From positions 27,776,001 to 27,840,000 of the forward strand of contig OZ281494.1 in the NCBI GenBank assembly GCA_965637545.1: a stretch of DNA of 64,000 nt, written 5' to 3'. Source of the DNA: Phallusia mammillata (taxonomy: Eukaryota). The notes below the pieces were generated by a model. It made no database searches and had not been told where the DNA came from. It saw only the letters and a list, made by a program, of their open reading frames with translations. Of this stretch, positions 25,415-38,100 are shown one piece after another (position 1 is the stretch's first letter; each line of letters starts with the position of its first letter). The position numbers were made by a program, and so were the translations under genes.

Positions 25415-28400
25415 TTAGTTCGCAGTTTCGGCTGCTAGGGCTGACTGCAAAGCTGCTGATGCACCCACCAAGTTCATCTCGTCTCTATCTCTCTGTAAAC
25501 ACAATAATACATTAGGACTGCTTTTTTTGAGCTCATTCTATCACTACCTTCATTTCCATGAGCAGTAGATTGCTAAGGTATCGAACTTGACGCGGCTTAG
25601 ACAACACTTTTTGTGCTTTGCTGAAATAGAGATAAACCAGCTTTGTAGCATTCGTAAATGAAAATTCTACTAACAAAAGAACTTTCATCACACAAAGTTT
25701 GCTAAATACCGATAGCTGTCACAAACAGGATTTGCGAATATTTAAAAACAAATTGTGTAAAAATACTGTTAGGGCTATTAGGATCGGGATAAGGTTTCAT
25801 AATAACATAAATAACAGTAAACCAACTTACAGACATAATTCCTAACCCTATCCCAGTCTCACTTTAATTGAAATAACTGTATACTTTACGCCACCTATCG
25901 GTATTTAGCAAACTTTGTCTGTTATGAGTTCTCACCTAGGAGCTCTTCCTTCGTTTACGTCGAGTTTAAACATCAACATGACAACAAGTTAGATTGTGAC
26001 GTAATAACGAGCGAGTTTTAGAGTTGTCTAAAATGGAAAGGTTTTAAGCGACTTACGTGTTATAGGCTTTCGTTTCTTCTGTCATACGGTTTGTAAATTC
26101 GCTGCACGACTTTCTCCACTGATTATGAATTCTGCGAAATCGTTGAAATATTTTTAAACCTGTTTTTGCCAGTCATAGTATGCCAGGCCTAAGCCGATCA
26201 CCTATGCATTCACATGTGGCAAGGCACAGGCTATAGTGGCCTGCGGTGGGATTCGTACCCGCAACAGGAGTCGGCCTGGGACTCGCGTTCCACCAACTGA
26301 GCTACGCAGGCTCAGCAATCAGCAGTGATCCTGCGGAAAGTTGAATCACAAGCACCGATGCCTGCCTCGCTTCCGACGTTTGAAAATTTGACAATAAGCA
26401 AATACAGAGCAACACCTGCGCTGGTTCAATATGTTAATGACGTGCGACACCTAGCGAGCGATGATTCTGCTATTTACGTCCCACTTGCAGCCGCTAAACA
26501 AGCGCCCAGGCTCGTAACTTTGGTGTCTCAATAAAATGCTCATTCTCCTTTAAAGTTTTACCTTTACCTTAATAAATGGTTTAAGATACGTAATGGTACG
26601 TTTGTGACCACAGTAACAAAACAAGTTGACTGATCAAAGATACAAAAACCTGTTGTAACTCTCCGTCGTTTCTCGAATTTTCTTTCCGCTGACCTGAAGA
26701 AAATCTTGGTACGTTGGCGCCTCTGGTGATGGATACGTTTCGATCTAAATATATGTAATACTGCCCTTAATATCGGCCATGGCAAATTAACATGTTTCAC
26801 ACCATAAGACACTTTTAGAACTTGCCGCCGGACTGCTGAAGATTTTACAAATTAAGCCCATGTGACTTTGTACTTGTAACACGCTGTGACCGCGTGTTGC
26901 TGTGTCAATACCCAGCCTAAACTAATGTAACGCAATACTTTATAGAAATCATAAAGTTGACCAATACAACTAAATCATAGCAGCCTACGCCAGGCCCATT
27001 GAAGGCGCAATACCGAATCAGCCGACCGCCAAGCACATCACAAAGCCACAAAGCAAAGAAGTTACAAAAATACACATATTGGATTTTTTAGTTGTCATGT
27101 CCACTTACTTGTGTTCTTCGTATCAAATGGTCGCAACCCGACCTACGTTCCAAATTATTCTGCTGCAGAAACTCACTTAGTAAAGGGGATCTTCCGTATA
27201 TATTAAAAGCGCAACGTTCAAACTCGGCCGAGCGTCCTACTGCGCACGATTCCTGCGCAAAACAAATAAGAAAAGAAAAATGAAATTTTCCTAACGGGTA
27301 GTTTAATGAAAAAACAAAAAATTCTAACAGCCGTAAAGTGTATGAGAAGATACAAAAAAAATTTAAAATGGCATTTAACCAAGCAAGCTCTTTATTGGTC
27401 ACATATTTATTCTGAAACATTGGTTGTGTTGTAAAATTGTCTAAGGTAACTGTTCAGATTTAGTCAACATACCAGGGAGCCGACAGTGGACAGCAATGTC
27501 GTTTGTGGTAAAGTTAATACAGTTAAGCAACAAAAATAATCAGGCCCAACTTTACTTCGTGTTTTCGTGCTGATGAGCGAGTTTTGGGATGAACAGATTC
27601 TTCATCGATACCAGCTGGAACCTGACAAAAAATACTATTGAAGCACAACCAAAAAGTTTCAATTAGTCATCGTCTCATACTTCGGTTATTGGGGAGAGAG
27701 TTGACTTATCATTAGTTTCGTTGCTTTTCGTTTTCAGTGACGAAACTGCAGACTGAGCTTCGGACCGTCCGCCCAGCATTCTGTCAATGGATGCATGTTA
27801 GCTTTGCAAAACATTTCTATGTGTATAACGGGGTCCAATCACTTTTTGGGTTGAGTTTATTTCGCTTGGTGAAAGCACAACTAGCGACACAATTGCACTA
27901 AAACAATCACCCAGCTGGAAATAGCTGCGCAGCGTTGAATCGTTATGGAGCGCAAAATAGTGGAGGGCACAATTGGTGGATCATGACTAAACGCGCTGCA
28001 GCTACAGCGTATTATCAGGCGTTACGTGGCGGTACTCACCAGATAGTGAGTTTGCTGTACTGTGTGTATAACATGACTGAGACCAGTCGAGGGAGGCCTA
28101 GAATCTAACCACTCAAGAGAGTGGGGTTCGACAGGGGAAAAAACACCACAAGAAGGCCTGACGAATAGTTTCAAAATTCTGCATAGAATAGCAACAGTTT
28201 ATTGCTGAAACAAAACCTAAGTTTGAAGTTTGCAGGATTGTATTAATTACAAACTCGACCGCACCAACGTGAGTACCTGTCTTTTTTGTGCCTAAGGGAC
28301 TTTTTCTACATATTTCTGCGCTATTCACTGATTATTAAATACACCAAAAAAGGAAATTCTTGAAGCAATTTTTCATACTGTATGGAAAACTTTTGCACCC

Positions 28401-31400
28401 CAATTACAACTTACTTCAAAATTCCTTTGTTTGACGCCCTTGAATGAGCGGTGGATGTTTTTGTTGAAGCCGACGAACCAATAGGACTAAGTTTGCCCCC
28501 GAAACCGGGTTTCTTTTCTGTAAAACATGAAATTCGCTGCTTTAAGTCTGGTGTCCCCAGTCCTAAACAAAAGTCCTTGGTATTTTTGTCTTCTGTTCAG
28601 GCGCTGGAATTTGCATCTAACAAGCAAAATAACTTGCACAGTCAACAAGCATCAAAAAGAAAAGTTTCAACAGATTTTTTTAACCAGACTTCCCATCATA
28701 CACTTCCAGTGTATATTTAAACAAAAAATTTGAAAACAGATCGGTATACCGTATTTACTCGATTGTAAGCCGCGGCTTATATTGTTTTTTAGCTGCCGTT
28801 TGTGCGGCTTATAATCGAGGGCGGCTTATATTTTATTTTATGCCGAAATTATTTCTACACTTCAACATTTTAAACTATTTGGGGTTCAAAACATGTATGC
28901 ATGTACGAATTATACGTCGATATACGTTCTGTTGGGTACAGTTATCAACGTAACTAACAGATATGGACAAATAGTCATACCATATAACAATTAACAAAAA
29001 GATGTATTAAGAAACAATGGTATCTAAAATTCCTGCGTGCGGCTTACAATCGAGGGCGGCTTACAATCGAGGGCGGCTTACAATTTTTTTAACACCTCAA
29101 CATGCGGCTTACAATCGAGGGCGGCTTACAATCGAGTAAATACGGCAGCGGCTTAAAAAGTAAAACGGTTTTACAAATGTGGTGTTAATTTTCGTCTTAA
29201 TCACATAAATTATTAATCTGAAACCTTTTACAGTTTTGACTTCTTTTCTCATTTTTGCAGGTTCTAATGCTTGGTAATTCCATTTCTCGTATTGCCGAGG
29301 ACTCGGTTGAATGCCAGACACCCACTTGGTGGTGATAAAGATGAGGTTTTCTTTGAACATGGGTTCGTCAAACTGTCGCCAGGATTGAGGAAATGCAAGA
29401 CAAAACGCTGAGTATACAGACTGTGCCAACATACTGGCATAAGTCTGAAACAAACAGGTATGTAATTAACGTTTGTGGAAAGATTATTATCTATGTGTTT
29501 ACATAAAGTTAACAAAAATAGAAGTGCTTGCTGTCTATGTTGTGCTAATTCCGGTCGATTTTGGTTGATTATTTGAAATCATTACCATAAAAAAGGTGTT
29601 CCTAAACTTTGGATCTTGGGACATCAGAAGAAATGTGACAAAATTTCGAGCAATCCGTTTGAAAAGTTTGCTCTGACTTTCCACATCTGGCTGCAAAATT
29701 AACAAAGGAAAAAAAATTAAACTTTTTGCTACACTAAAAGTACACAGAATAAAATTTGTCATCAATATGTTAAAACAACTTGTTGTAATGCAAAAAAAGC
29801 ATGTAAACAAATGAATTTTGTTTATTTGTTAGGATAATAACTAGCATCATACATGATACTTGTCAAGGAAAAACCACCAGAATGTGTCTTGGAGCACAGC
29901 TCGTTGTGTTTTGGAGTAGAGCATTCGGCGAACTTCTGCCCGATACTTTGGCTAAAACATAAATATTGTCAAGCAAATCATAATAAATTGTGTTTAATAT
30001 CAAACAAGCAATGTGATTATAGGAAAAATAACAATAAGACACTAGATCAGGGATCCTGAGCAGTAGCTTCCTCATTTGAATGTTTTTCCAAAAAAAAGTA
30101 AAGTATCCAGTGGGATAAAAGGTTAGAAACTCTGCACTAGATCTTACTTGTAACAATGCTATTAAGTCACATTTGTGATTTTGACAGATATGTGATATAA
30201 ATCAACCTCAACTTAACTATTACTGTGCAGCACATGTGAGGCAAATTACACAACTACAAGGTATAAGTTTGGTAATTCAATGTGTTTATTTTATGACTGC
30301 TTTACCTTTCTAGGCAGGTCATCTTGTGCTGAAATGACATGATCCAATACAGTCGTGGCAGCCAGAGAATGAGGTAAGGGTGTCAAGCGAGATGGGGAAA
30401 ATCCTGGGTACTGTTGAAGTTCAACTAATCGTGGTGCATCAGATTGCTGGATAAGTGTAAAGTTTTGTGTCAAGTTAAATATTTTGTAACCAGTTACAAC
30501 TTATTGTCAATCATAAACCATAAAGTGAGTGAAATAATTAGGTTGATATGGCGTGATGCTCAACACATCTCAAAACGTGCAAAATTTTGGTAGGTCCCAA
30601 GTCATTTTACGGCAGCTGCAGGTTAGGTGCAGCTCTTGCTTCGGTTTTGCTTTAGGTATTTCATGTATCTTTCGTTTAGACAACTGTATTGAATAATTTT
30701 AGTTGTGTCTTAGCTGCAGTTTTTTGGCAGTGATCATTTCCCTTTTCAGAACAGGCTAGGTCTGTGTTCAGATTTTTGCCCTTCTGTTAGACATTTGCTC
30801 TACAGAGTAGCCTACAGCCATATTTTAACTTTTTGTACAATAATGTGTAATTTAACTACTTGAATTTTTCAAAGGTCAAAATGTTGTCAAAAAAAAGTTT
30901 TTTAAAGTCAAAATTTTTCGTTTTTTAGGTCAAAGAATAATTACACTACTGATGACTTTTAAGTGTTAAGATTAAATAGATTTTAATTCCACTACACACC
31001 ATCTGTACTCATGTAGATAAACCAAATATTATTTCAAAATGTTTGTTGCAGAAACAATTGTTTTCTACCTGTGTTGGTTCCTTCTTTTTCCTGCTTTTGA
31101 TGTCAATTTTTTGCCCTGAAAAAAGTTGTTTTTGTTTGTGCCATTAAGGATAAACATTTTAAAACGTTACCTGATTCTTGTGAAAATGCTCCAGCAAATT
31201 TGTTTGTTTCTTTGTCTTCGCGATCTAGTAAAATATTTTAAATTGTTTTATTATTGATCAGAAAATTGAGAATAATGACTTCCTTCATGTGTTTTATATG
31301 TGCCATAAGATGACTGGTTGGTTTAGTCTTTGTTTATTAAATATTCTTCATTATGGAACAATATTGTGTGCGAAACTTTCAATGGCACAGTTGTGAGCAA

Positions 31401-32216
31401 AAATAAAAAAAATGAAAATTTTGTATGAACAGTTTGTTTCAAATTTTCTGTTGTTACTTGACTGTTGAACTACCCTTGGCAGATCTTGTTGACCTCCTTG
31501 TTGATTTCTGTTGGAATGTTCCAGTTGTTGGATCGTAAACTTCATCACGCATAGTTGAGCGACTTTCGATTGCAAGTTTGCTGTCATACAAGGATAACTC
31601 ACTGTCCAAGTTGCAAATTCTTTCATTTACTTTCTGTATTGATCCAATGAGAAAGGCTAGGTCAAAAACTGTTAAGAAAACCTGAAGCTGATACAGTTTG
31701 CTTAAAAATAATGTATAAGTAGCATTACTAACACCCATTTTTCAAACAATATGTTTGTTTTTTAAGTACTTGTACAGGAAGGTAGTGAGTGTTTGATATG
31801 CCAGCACATAAATAATAGAATTTCATATCATTTGGCATTTTTGAATTAACAAAAAAATAGCAGAAACTGAGAAGTGTTTTTAGAAGTTGCCGACCTTTGA
31901 AAGTCAAAAGGGCCATTGATTAATGTAGTACTGTTTGAGTCGTAATCCTAAAAATGCTCTCTAAGACCTAAAATCGGAATCTGCATGCAGTATTCTGAGT
32001 AATCCAAAAACACTTGGCCCCTGAAGCAAAGGAACAGATTAGCAACCACTGGTATTCGTAATAATTTAAAATGACAAAGTAACAAAGGATACGAGCAGGG
32101 CGAACTTTCTGCAAGTTACGCAATTCTTGTTTTCGTTTTTCAACCTTCTTGCTTGTGTCGAATAAATCCTCTTCGCAAAGACTCATAGGCGAAGCAATTC
32201 GACTGATATCCGCCAT
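25415..32216 (-). CDS. FAM227A: FAM227A/B-like protein (FWWh domain), about 17-19 exons
   Basis: Exons 32106-32216, 31474-31633 (or -31681), 31171-31224, 31069-31115, 30306-30446 (LVELQQYPGF), 29853-29951 (LQDTFWWFFLDKY), 29586-29690 (LFKRIARNFVT), 29225-29444 (LAQSVYSAFCLAFPQSW..WVSGIQP), 28415-28517, 28277-28320, an unresolved join at about 27780-28277, then 27681-27780, 27556-27621, 27109-27252 (FNIYGRSPL), 26650-26744 (PTYQDF), 26057-26131, 25548-25620, 25415-25492 (stop). Splice phases are consistent except at the one low-complexity join. The A versus B paralog call is tentative. Confidence 0.85.
26165..26311 (-). mobile_element. tRNA-derived SINE (copy 1) in an intron of the FAM227-like gene
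   Basis: Cloverleaf-like head at 26239-26311: acceptor GCCTGCG/CGCAGGC, A-box TAGCTCAGTTGG, stem GAGTC/GACTC, degenerate B-box GGTACGAATCC. Its 3' body (GCCTTGCCA.ATG..GAATGC..GGTGA...CTGGC.TACTATGA) is shared with 49491-49657. Confidence 0.75.
28749..29145. mobile_element. Tc1/mariner-superfamily (Tc2/pogo-like) MITE
   Basis: TIRs CCGTATTTACTCGATTGTAAGCCGC / GCGGCTTACAATCGAGTAAATACGG. Flanked by TA on the left and CA on the right. Internal tandem 17-mers GCGGCTTACAATCGAGG. Confidence 0.85.
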
Positions 32217-35129
32217 GTTTGTCTGTTAACCTTGACCCAACTGTTCATGTAACAATAACAGTTTACATTATTTGTGTGTGTACAGTGTTTTAATCACATG
32301 TAATATCATTCCAAATTGTCAATTGTCAAGTGTCAACCAATGCGCGAAAACTTTTTCTGATAATCCGGTGCAATCAAATCGCCTGCAAAATTTATTTAAA
32401 ATCCATACGAAAAGAAAATATAGCACCGTAAGCAAAATTAAAGAAACTTAAAGAAAATTTAAAGCAGTAATAAAAGAGTTGTCAAGTCATGACAAGTATT
32501 AATTGTGTTTAAATAGGTTTTGCCATCACGAAGATTTGGATAAATCGACTGCTTGGCGTACCTTTCGTTTCTATAACACCGGGCTGTTGCGCCGCAAGTG
32601 GTTGAGTTTATACCAATGCCACCATAACTAACAACCTAATAAAACTATCACACCCCAAAAATTACGGTTCAAAACAAAAAAATGTCCTGCGCTTCGCTCA
32701 ACCCTTTTATATGAAATTTTATTGAAACTTCAGGGACATATTGAACTTTTGACAATGAAAAAACAACAAAAAATGCCTACGAAAATGAAAATGCCTATTG
32801 CAAGTTACAGTGCATTTCCATGAAGTATTGAGAAACAAACATTTTTTTGATACACCATGTATAACAGAGTTTTGTATGTCAATAATTGGTCTTTAAAAAT
32901 ACAGCAGCTAATTGTCTTTTCAATGTCGGCGGGATTTCAACTTTTGATTTATTACCCCCATTCCTAAACTTGTGTTCCAAATACTTGCTCAAGTAAGCGA
33001 GTAAATGAATACGGTGACAAATGAGCAGAAATCCAAAGATTACAGTTTCTTACAGGTAGATTTAAACTACGTGTGTGGCCGCATAATGTTTTCATAATGC
33101 CCCCGACCTTATAAGCCAACGCCCCGAGGATTGACTAAAGCACCAATTGACTTCGTTAAACCCCGCTTTAGTTTGGAGCTGTTGGTCTTGACATTGCGTA
33201 TTAAAGGTTTATTTTTCACCATTGCGAAAACCATGCTATTCCGATGACAATTGCTCTTACTCGACAAAACAATTTATTTTGTTATTAACCTGCTCTGCTC
33301 GGTAAAGGTTGATATGGCTTACAGTTCCATATGTGTAAAGATAATGAAGTTGTGTCAAAAACTTTTGGCATTGTAAACAACTGTTTTATGAGATTTGTTT
33401 GCAGTTTAGTACACTTTCCATTTATTTGCAGCATAATGCAAATAATGATTTGTGGCATTATGACTTTGTCAAATTTTCCGTGTGTATTTTTGGAATTCCT
33501 TTCAGTCATTGTAATTTAGGTTTTTGTTATGTTTAACTTTCAGCAATTTTTCTTGTCAAGTATAAAACAACAGAATTTTTTGGAAAAAAAGTTTGATATA
33601 TGTTTCTGATGTCAAATAAATAATGCCAAATATTCAAATAAACATTGCTTTTTAGCTAATTAGTTTAAAGTTCTATCTGTTATACATCTCGTTTTGAAAT
33701 AGATGAAAAAGTGCATTAAACCGTGTTGTAACTGAAATGAAATAAGGATGCAAGCCCGAGTGAGGGCATTTCTCACAAACAAGGACAATCAAATTTTCTA
33801 TGGCGCTGTCAATGCCAAATCTTAGTAATAATGCCTATATTGTGCGATCTACTTAACCCCGACGCTTTATAAGGCAAAGTAATTCTGCTCGCATGGGGGC
33901 AAAGAAGGGGGTACTCAACCCACTTGTTATACTGCAAGAGAGAAAGCAGGCGAGCGACGGCCATTGTTGTACCATTATGACGTCACATTCCAAGTGGGTA
34001 TTCTTGAAATGTTGGAGAGCGCTGTTCTGTATTGATTTAGCGGATCGTCGGCACCAAGAAGCGTTTGCGTTTATTTAAACACGTTTTCGGGACAAATTTT
34101 ATTTCGCCTTATATCGCTAGCGAATCACTGGGATTGTGGCCCAACTTTTATTCTTTCATATCAATGCCGATTCATGACGCTTCAGTTTTTAAACTTTCAA
34201 CTTTTTAAATATTACTTGTTTCTTTCTATGTAAGGAGAAAATCATAAATGTTTGGACTGTTTTTGTCCAATATTCTGCTTGGTTTGATTGTCATATTCTG
34301 GAAAGTCTGCAATTTGCAAAATATGGTTTTGTAAAAATATATGGATGACAATTTGTTATTTATTTTCGTTTGACATTGTCCAAATTCGACAGACGTTGTT
34401 TGTATAGACCTCGAGGAAATTTATTAGGCCTCTGAAATACGGGACGTTATAACAGGTGCCAAACATAAAACGCAACTCAAGCATAACATATCGAAATCCA
34501 ATGTGCGTACAAAAGCATTGTTTATATAAAACTCGCGCAATAGCAAGCAATAAACGGCCGAGTTGACACCATACAACGCTAAAATAACTCGCTCCGTGGC
34601 CGGGACATATCAACACACAGGTTTAACTACGAGCTTCCACAGGGAATTATGATTAACAGACAAATGAATAAACTATTATGACGTGTCAATGGCACCACAC
34701 AGTGGATGGGGGAGTGGTGGTGTGTGTTTTTCTACGCGTGCGTGAATTCCTAAAGCTTGACTCCGGTACAACAGGAGTCAGGGGGATGTGAATAGACGGG
34801 TGTGGTTGTCGGGGGCAGGGAAAAGGGGAAAAGCGGGAGAAGGAAAGAGAGAGCGGGCTCGGGATGGCTCAAGGGAGCGGACTTCGACGGCGAAGGCAAG
34901 TATGTTAAGGCTAGCCATAACCCAGACGACTGAAGAGCGATGAACATTGCCTAAAAATCCGGGCACAAAGTTCCTCTGCAAATCAGCAACAATCAAATCG
35001 AAGGTACATAGAAAGTAGAGACAGAGACACAGACCAGGAGATTAAAACGTACTCTGTTTGTTGCAAATTATCAGTAAAAACGTACTATATTAGTCAGTGA
35101 CATCATCAGGGAATTTTCATTGCGTCATC

Positions 35130-38100
35130 ATGGACATTTCTCACGTCACCGGCGCTGAAGTTCATCAGCAACGTCATCAACAACAGCACGAACTCCGAGC
35201 TCTCTACGCATTCGATTTCGCCAAGCTGCAACATCGTGATGTCATTACTCGTGATGTCACGCCGCGTTGTGGCAGCGTAGCCGAAAGTGGAAGTGATGAT
35301 GATGTTGACGATGAGGTCATCAACGTAACTGATGACGACGACGAGGTTGCCATAACAACCGCTGAACAAAGTGCGCCCACTAATTTGCAATTTAAGGTTA
35401 GTTGGTTGGTGTTGTTTTTTCTCAATAATTTTTAAATCTTAAAATCGAGTACTTGAAATATTTTTCGAGTACTTGAAGTATTAAAATATTTGTAGGCCTA
35501 AAGAAACATTTTAAAATTCTGCACCAGCCGCTTCAGTAAACTGTAGAAACCATGCGACAAAGTTACGACTATTGATATATAAACTGTGGGGATTTGAAGT
35601 TGGTATTGCACAACTTAAGGGTGACGGGATAAAGTTTGCGACATTCCATAAAATTTACCCCACCCCGTGTTTAGACATGGAGAACTAGGCTGTCACAATA
35701 AACTCGTGCCATCGTCAGAAAATCGTGATTTCCGGCGCTGAAATATGTTTTTATTTGAATTACGTGCGCCATCAGTGCTAAACCTAACGACTATTAAAGG
35801 TTTAACGACCATAAAATGTGCTGTACCTAATTCCAATGGCAAATGTAATACTAGTATATTTAGTTTAATTGGTACCATTATTTTGTCTTTGTCAAGCCTT
35901 TGTTAAGGCAGCCTATTTATTTCGTCGTTTGTGTTTATTGCTAAGTTTCTCAAGCAGATTTATATTTTAAAAACTATAAAAATTTACTGAAGATGGAAAA
36001 AGTTCAAAGCCGAAAAGTTTTATGTTTTGAGTAAAAATATTTAAACAACACTCAGGGTTTGCAAAAAACATATTTGTATTAAACACGTCATTGTGGATAG
36101 ATATCAAATTCAACTTCTTTAACAGAAGCAAAACATAAATTATCTCATTCTAAACTGCAGGTAGTGAATCACGTTTAATCCAAACTTTACCTCAGTGGCT
36201 TGTTTGAACTGTCAGACGAAACTCTACATCTAAATCAAACAACTCCATTTCAATGACTCATAATCATTCCTCTTCATGACGTCACAACCCTAACCCTTCC
36301 GTTCTGTCAAAGCTAAATACTGAAAATTTCCGATCAAATTCTTCACCAATGTTTAAAAAGACATTTTTCTGAAAAACAAGCTCTGTTGGGGCGTCATATT
36401 GAAGAAAAGCGATAAAAGTTTATTTTTTCATTTTTTGCATACGAATGCGGGTAACTGAAAAGGTTATCTTCTAAACAGAATTTGTTGAGCTAATTTCGAA
36501 AACATTTTGTTGGATGAATTGGACCATTTTGGCATTGTGTCAAATTTGTTAAATAAAGAAAGTTAAATTAAACACAATCTCTACGAGTTAAGATTGTATT
36601 TCGTTGGTGTGGTGTATTTAAGGACCCAAGATACCAAAAAATGTTTGTCGATCTGTAAACGCTTGTCACATTACTTAACAAAATATAAAATTCACCGCCC
36701 TATTTGCCATTAACAGCCACTTAAAACCTCTCTGCACAATTTACTCCATTACAAATGAAATAAATCCCACAAAAATATAAAAAAGTTCATAAAACTGAAT
36801 CCATAAAAATTCAAAATGGCGACAGAGAAAAACCCAAACAACCTTAACTTGAATGAAGCCGTAGGCGTAGCTCGGTTTCAAAGCACTGTCAAAACACAGC
36901 CAGAGAAGTGAAGTTCCGCTTTGACAGCGCACAAAGTGGTCACCAGACATAAGGTGCTTTGAAACTTGGGTGCTGTTTCCTGTTGTTCAAACTGAACCTC
37001 AATGAAAAACATAATTAATCTTGCCACGGACTTGGTTTCGATTAGCCTGGTGGGTGAAACAGGAAACGTATAGGGAAGCATCAGCAAATAGGTTTGGTGC
37101 GTTGTATCAAGCTTATACGCTTGAAAAAAACTGAAGTTCCTCAGTCTTGTAGCTACGAAACAACACTTTGCGATAAATGTGGGTTTTAATTGGTTTGTCT
37201 TGTGACAGATTACTGTAACTTTGTGAGTTATTTATTTATGGTTTAAAGGAAGTTGTTTCTTGACAAAATAAAACAGCTTTTTGGAAATAAAAACACTTTT
37301 AGCATTTATGTGTTAAAGAGTGTAACAATACCCAGTATTTTCGCAAGAATAATGGTTCTCGATTTTGTACCATTCCTTTTGTAAGTAAAACAAATTGAAC
37401 TCTAATTGAATCTTTGAATAAAAAACGTAACCATTAAGCACACGACTGTTTATCAATTGCCTCCATTAAAGTAGGAAGACCACCTCCCATTATACTCTCC
37501 CCCCATAAACACTTCAAAACTCGTGCCCCCTTGGGCTCTTAATCTGTCAACTAACGTGGCCCCACTACCCATTACCCCACGACGTCGGTTATTCAACAAA
37601 AACGGGGTAAATAACACGCCCCTTGTCTAAACATGGGGGCCGGAAGCGGGTCCAAGGGGTGAGATCAATTTGATACGCCCTATTAACTTTTCTAGTGCAC
37701 AGGATTAAAATAAATCCACTATCGCTTTCGATTTCGAATTTATCGTGACTTTTCGCGAATTTCAGTGTCGTGCGTTACGATTATGACGCAACAGTAGCGA
37801 TTTTGAGGCGACATTCTTGGTCACTATGGCGATTTTCGGCGACACTACTGTCTGTTGCCGTTTAGCCACTTGACATTAAATTAAAACGGCGTCGCGACGT
37901 GTTTATGGTCACAAGTTATTTGTTTGAAAAGTTTAGTTGGCAGTAAGTGATTTTTGTCAGTCCCCGCCATTTTTTTGTAAATAATAATTTTAAAAAAGTT
38001 TTTTTTTTAGTATAAAATAAATTTAAGGAAATATTATGTATTTTAATACATATTTTGTTCGTCAATTAAAAATGTGTAAATGCCAAAAACCGTTATTTTT

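Noticed and set aside
26239-26311. Functional tRNA gene (Pro-AGG-like)
   Set aside because: Non-canonical anticodon loop (CCAGGCC), D- and T-stem mismatches, a TAC in place of TTC, and a 3' body shared with a second copy. A SINE explains it better.
28745-29145. CRISPR-like or satellite array of 17-bp repeats
   Set aside because: No unique spacers; these are subterminal repeats of a Tc2/pogo-like MITE in a eukaryotic intron.
30577-30683. Extra exon in the FAM227-like gene (LSKRKIHEIPK...)
   Set aside because: Phase 0 in and phase 2 out would frameshift the next exon, and the flanking exons join cleanly without it. At most a poison exon.
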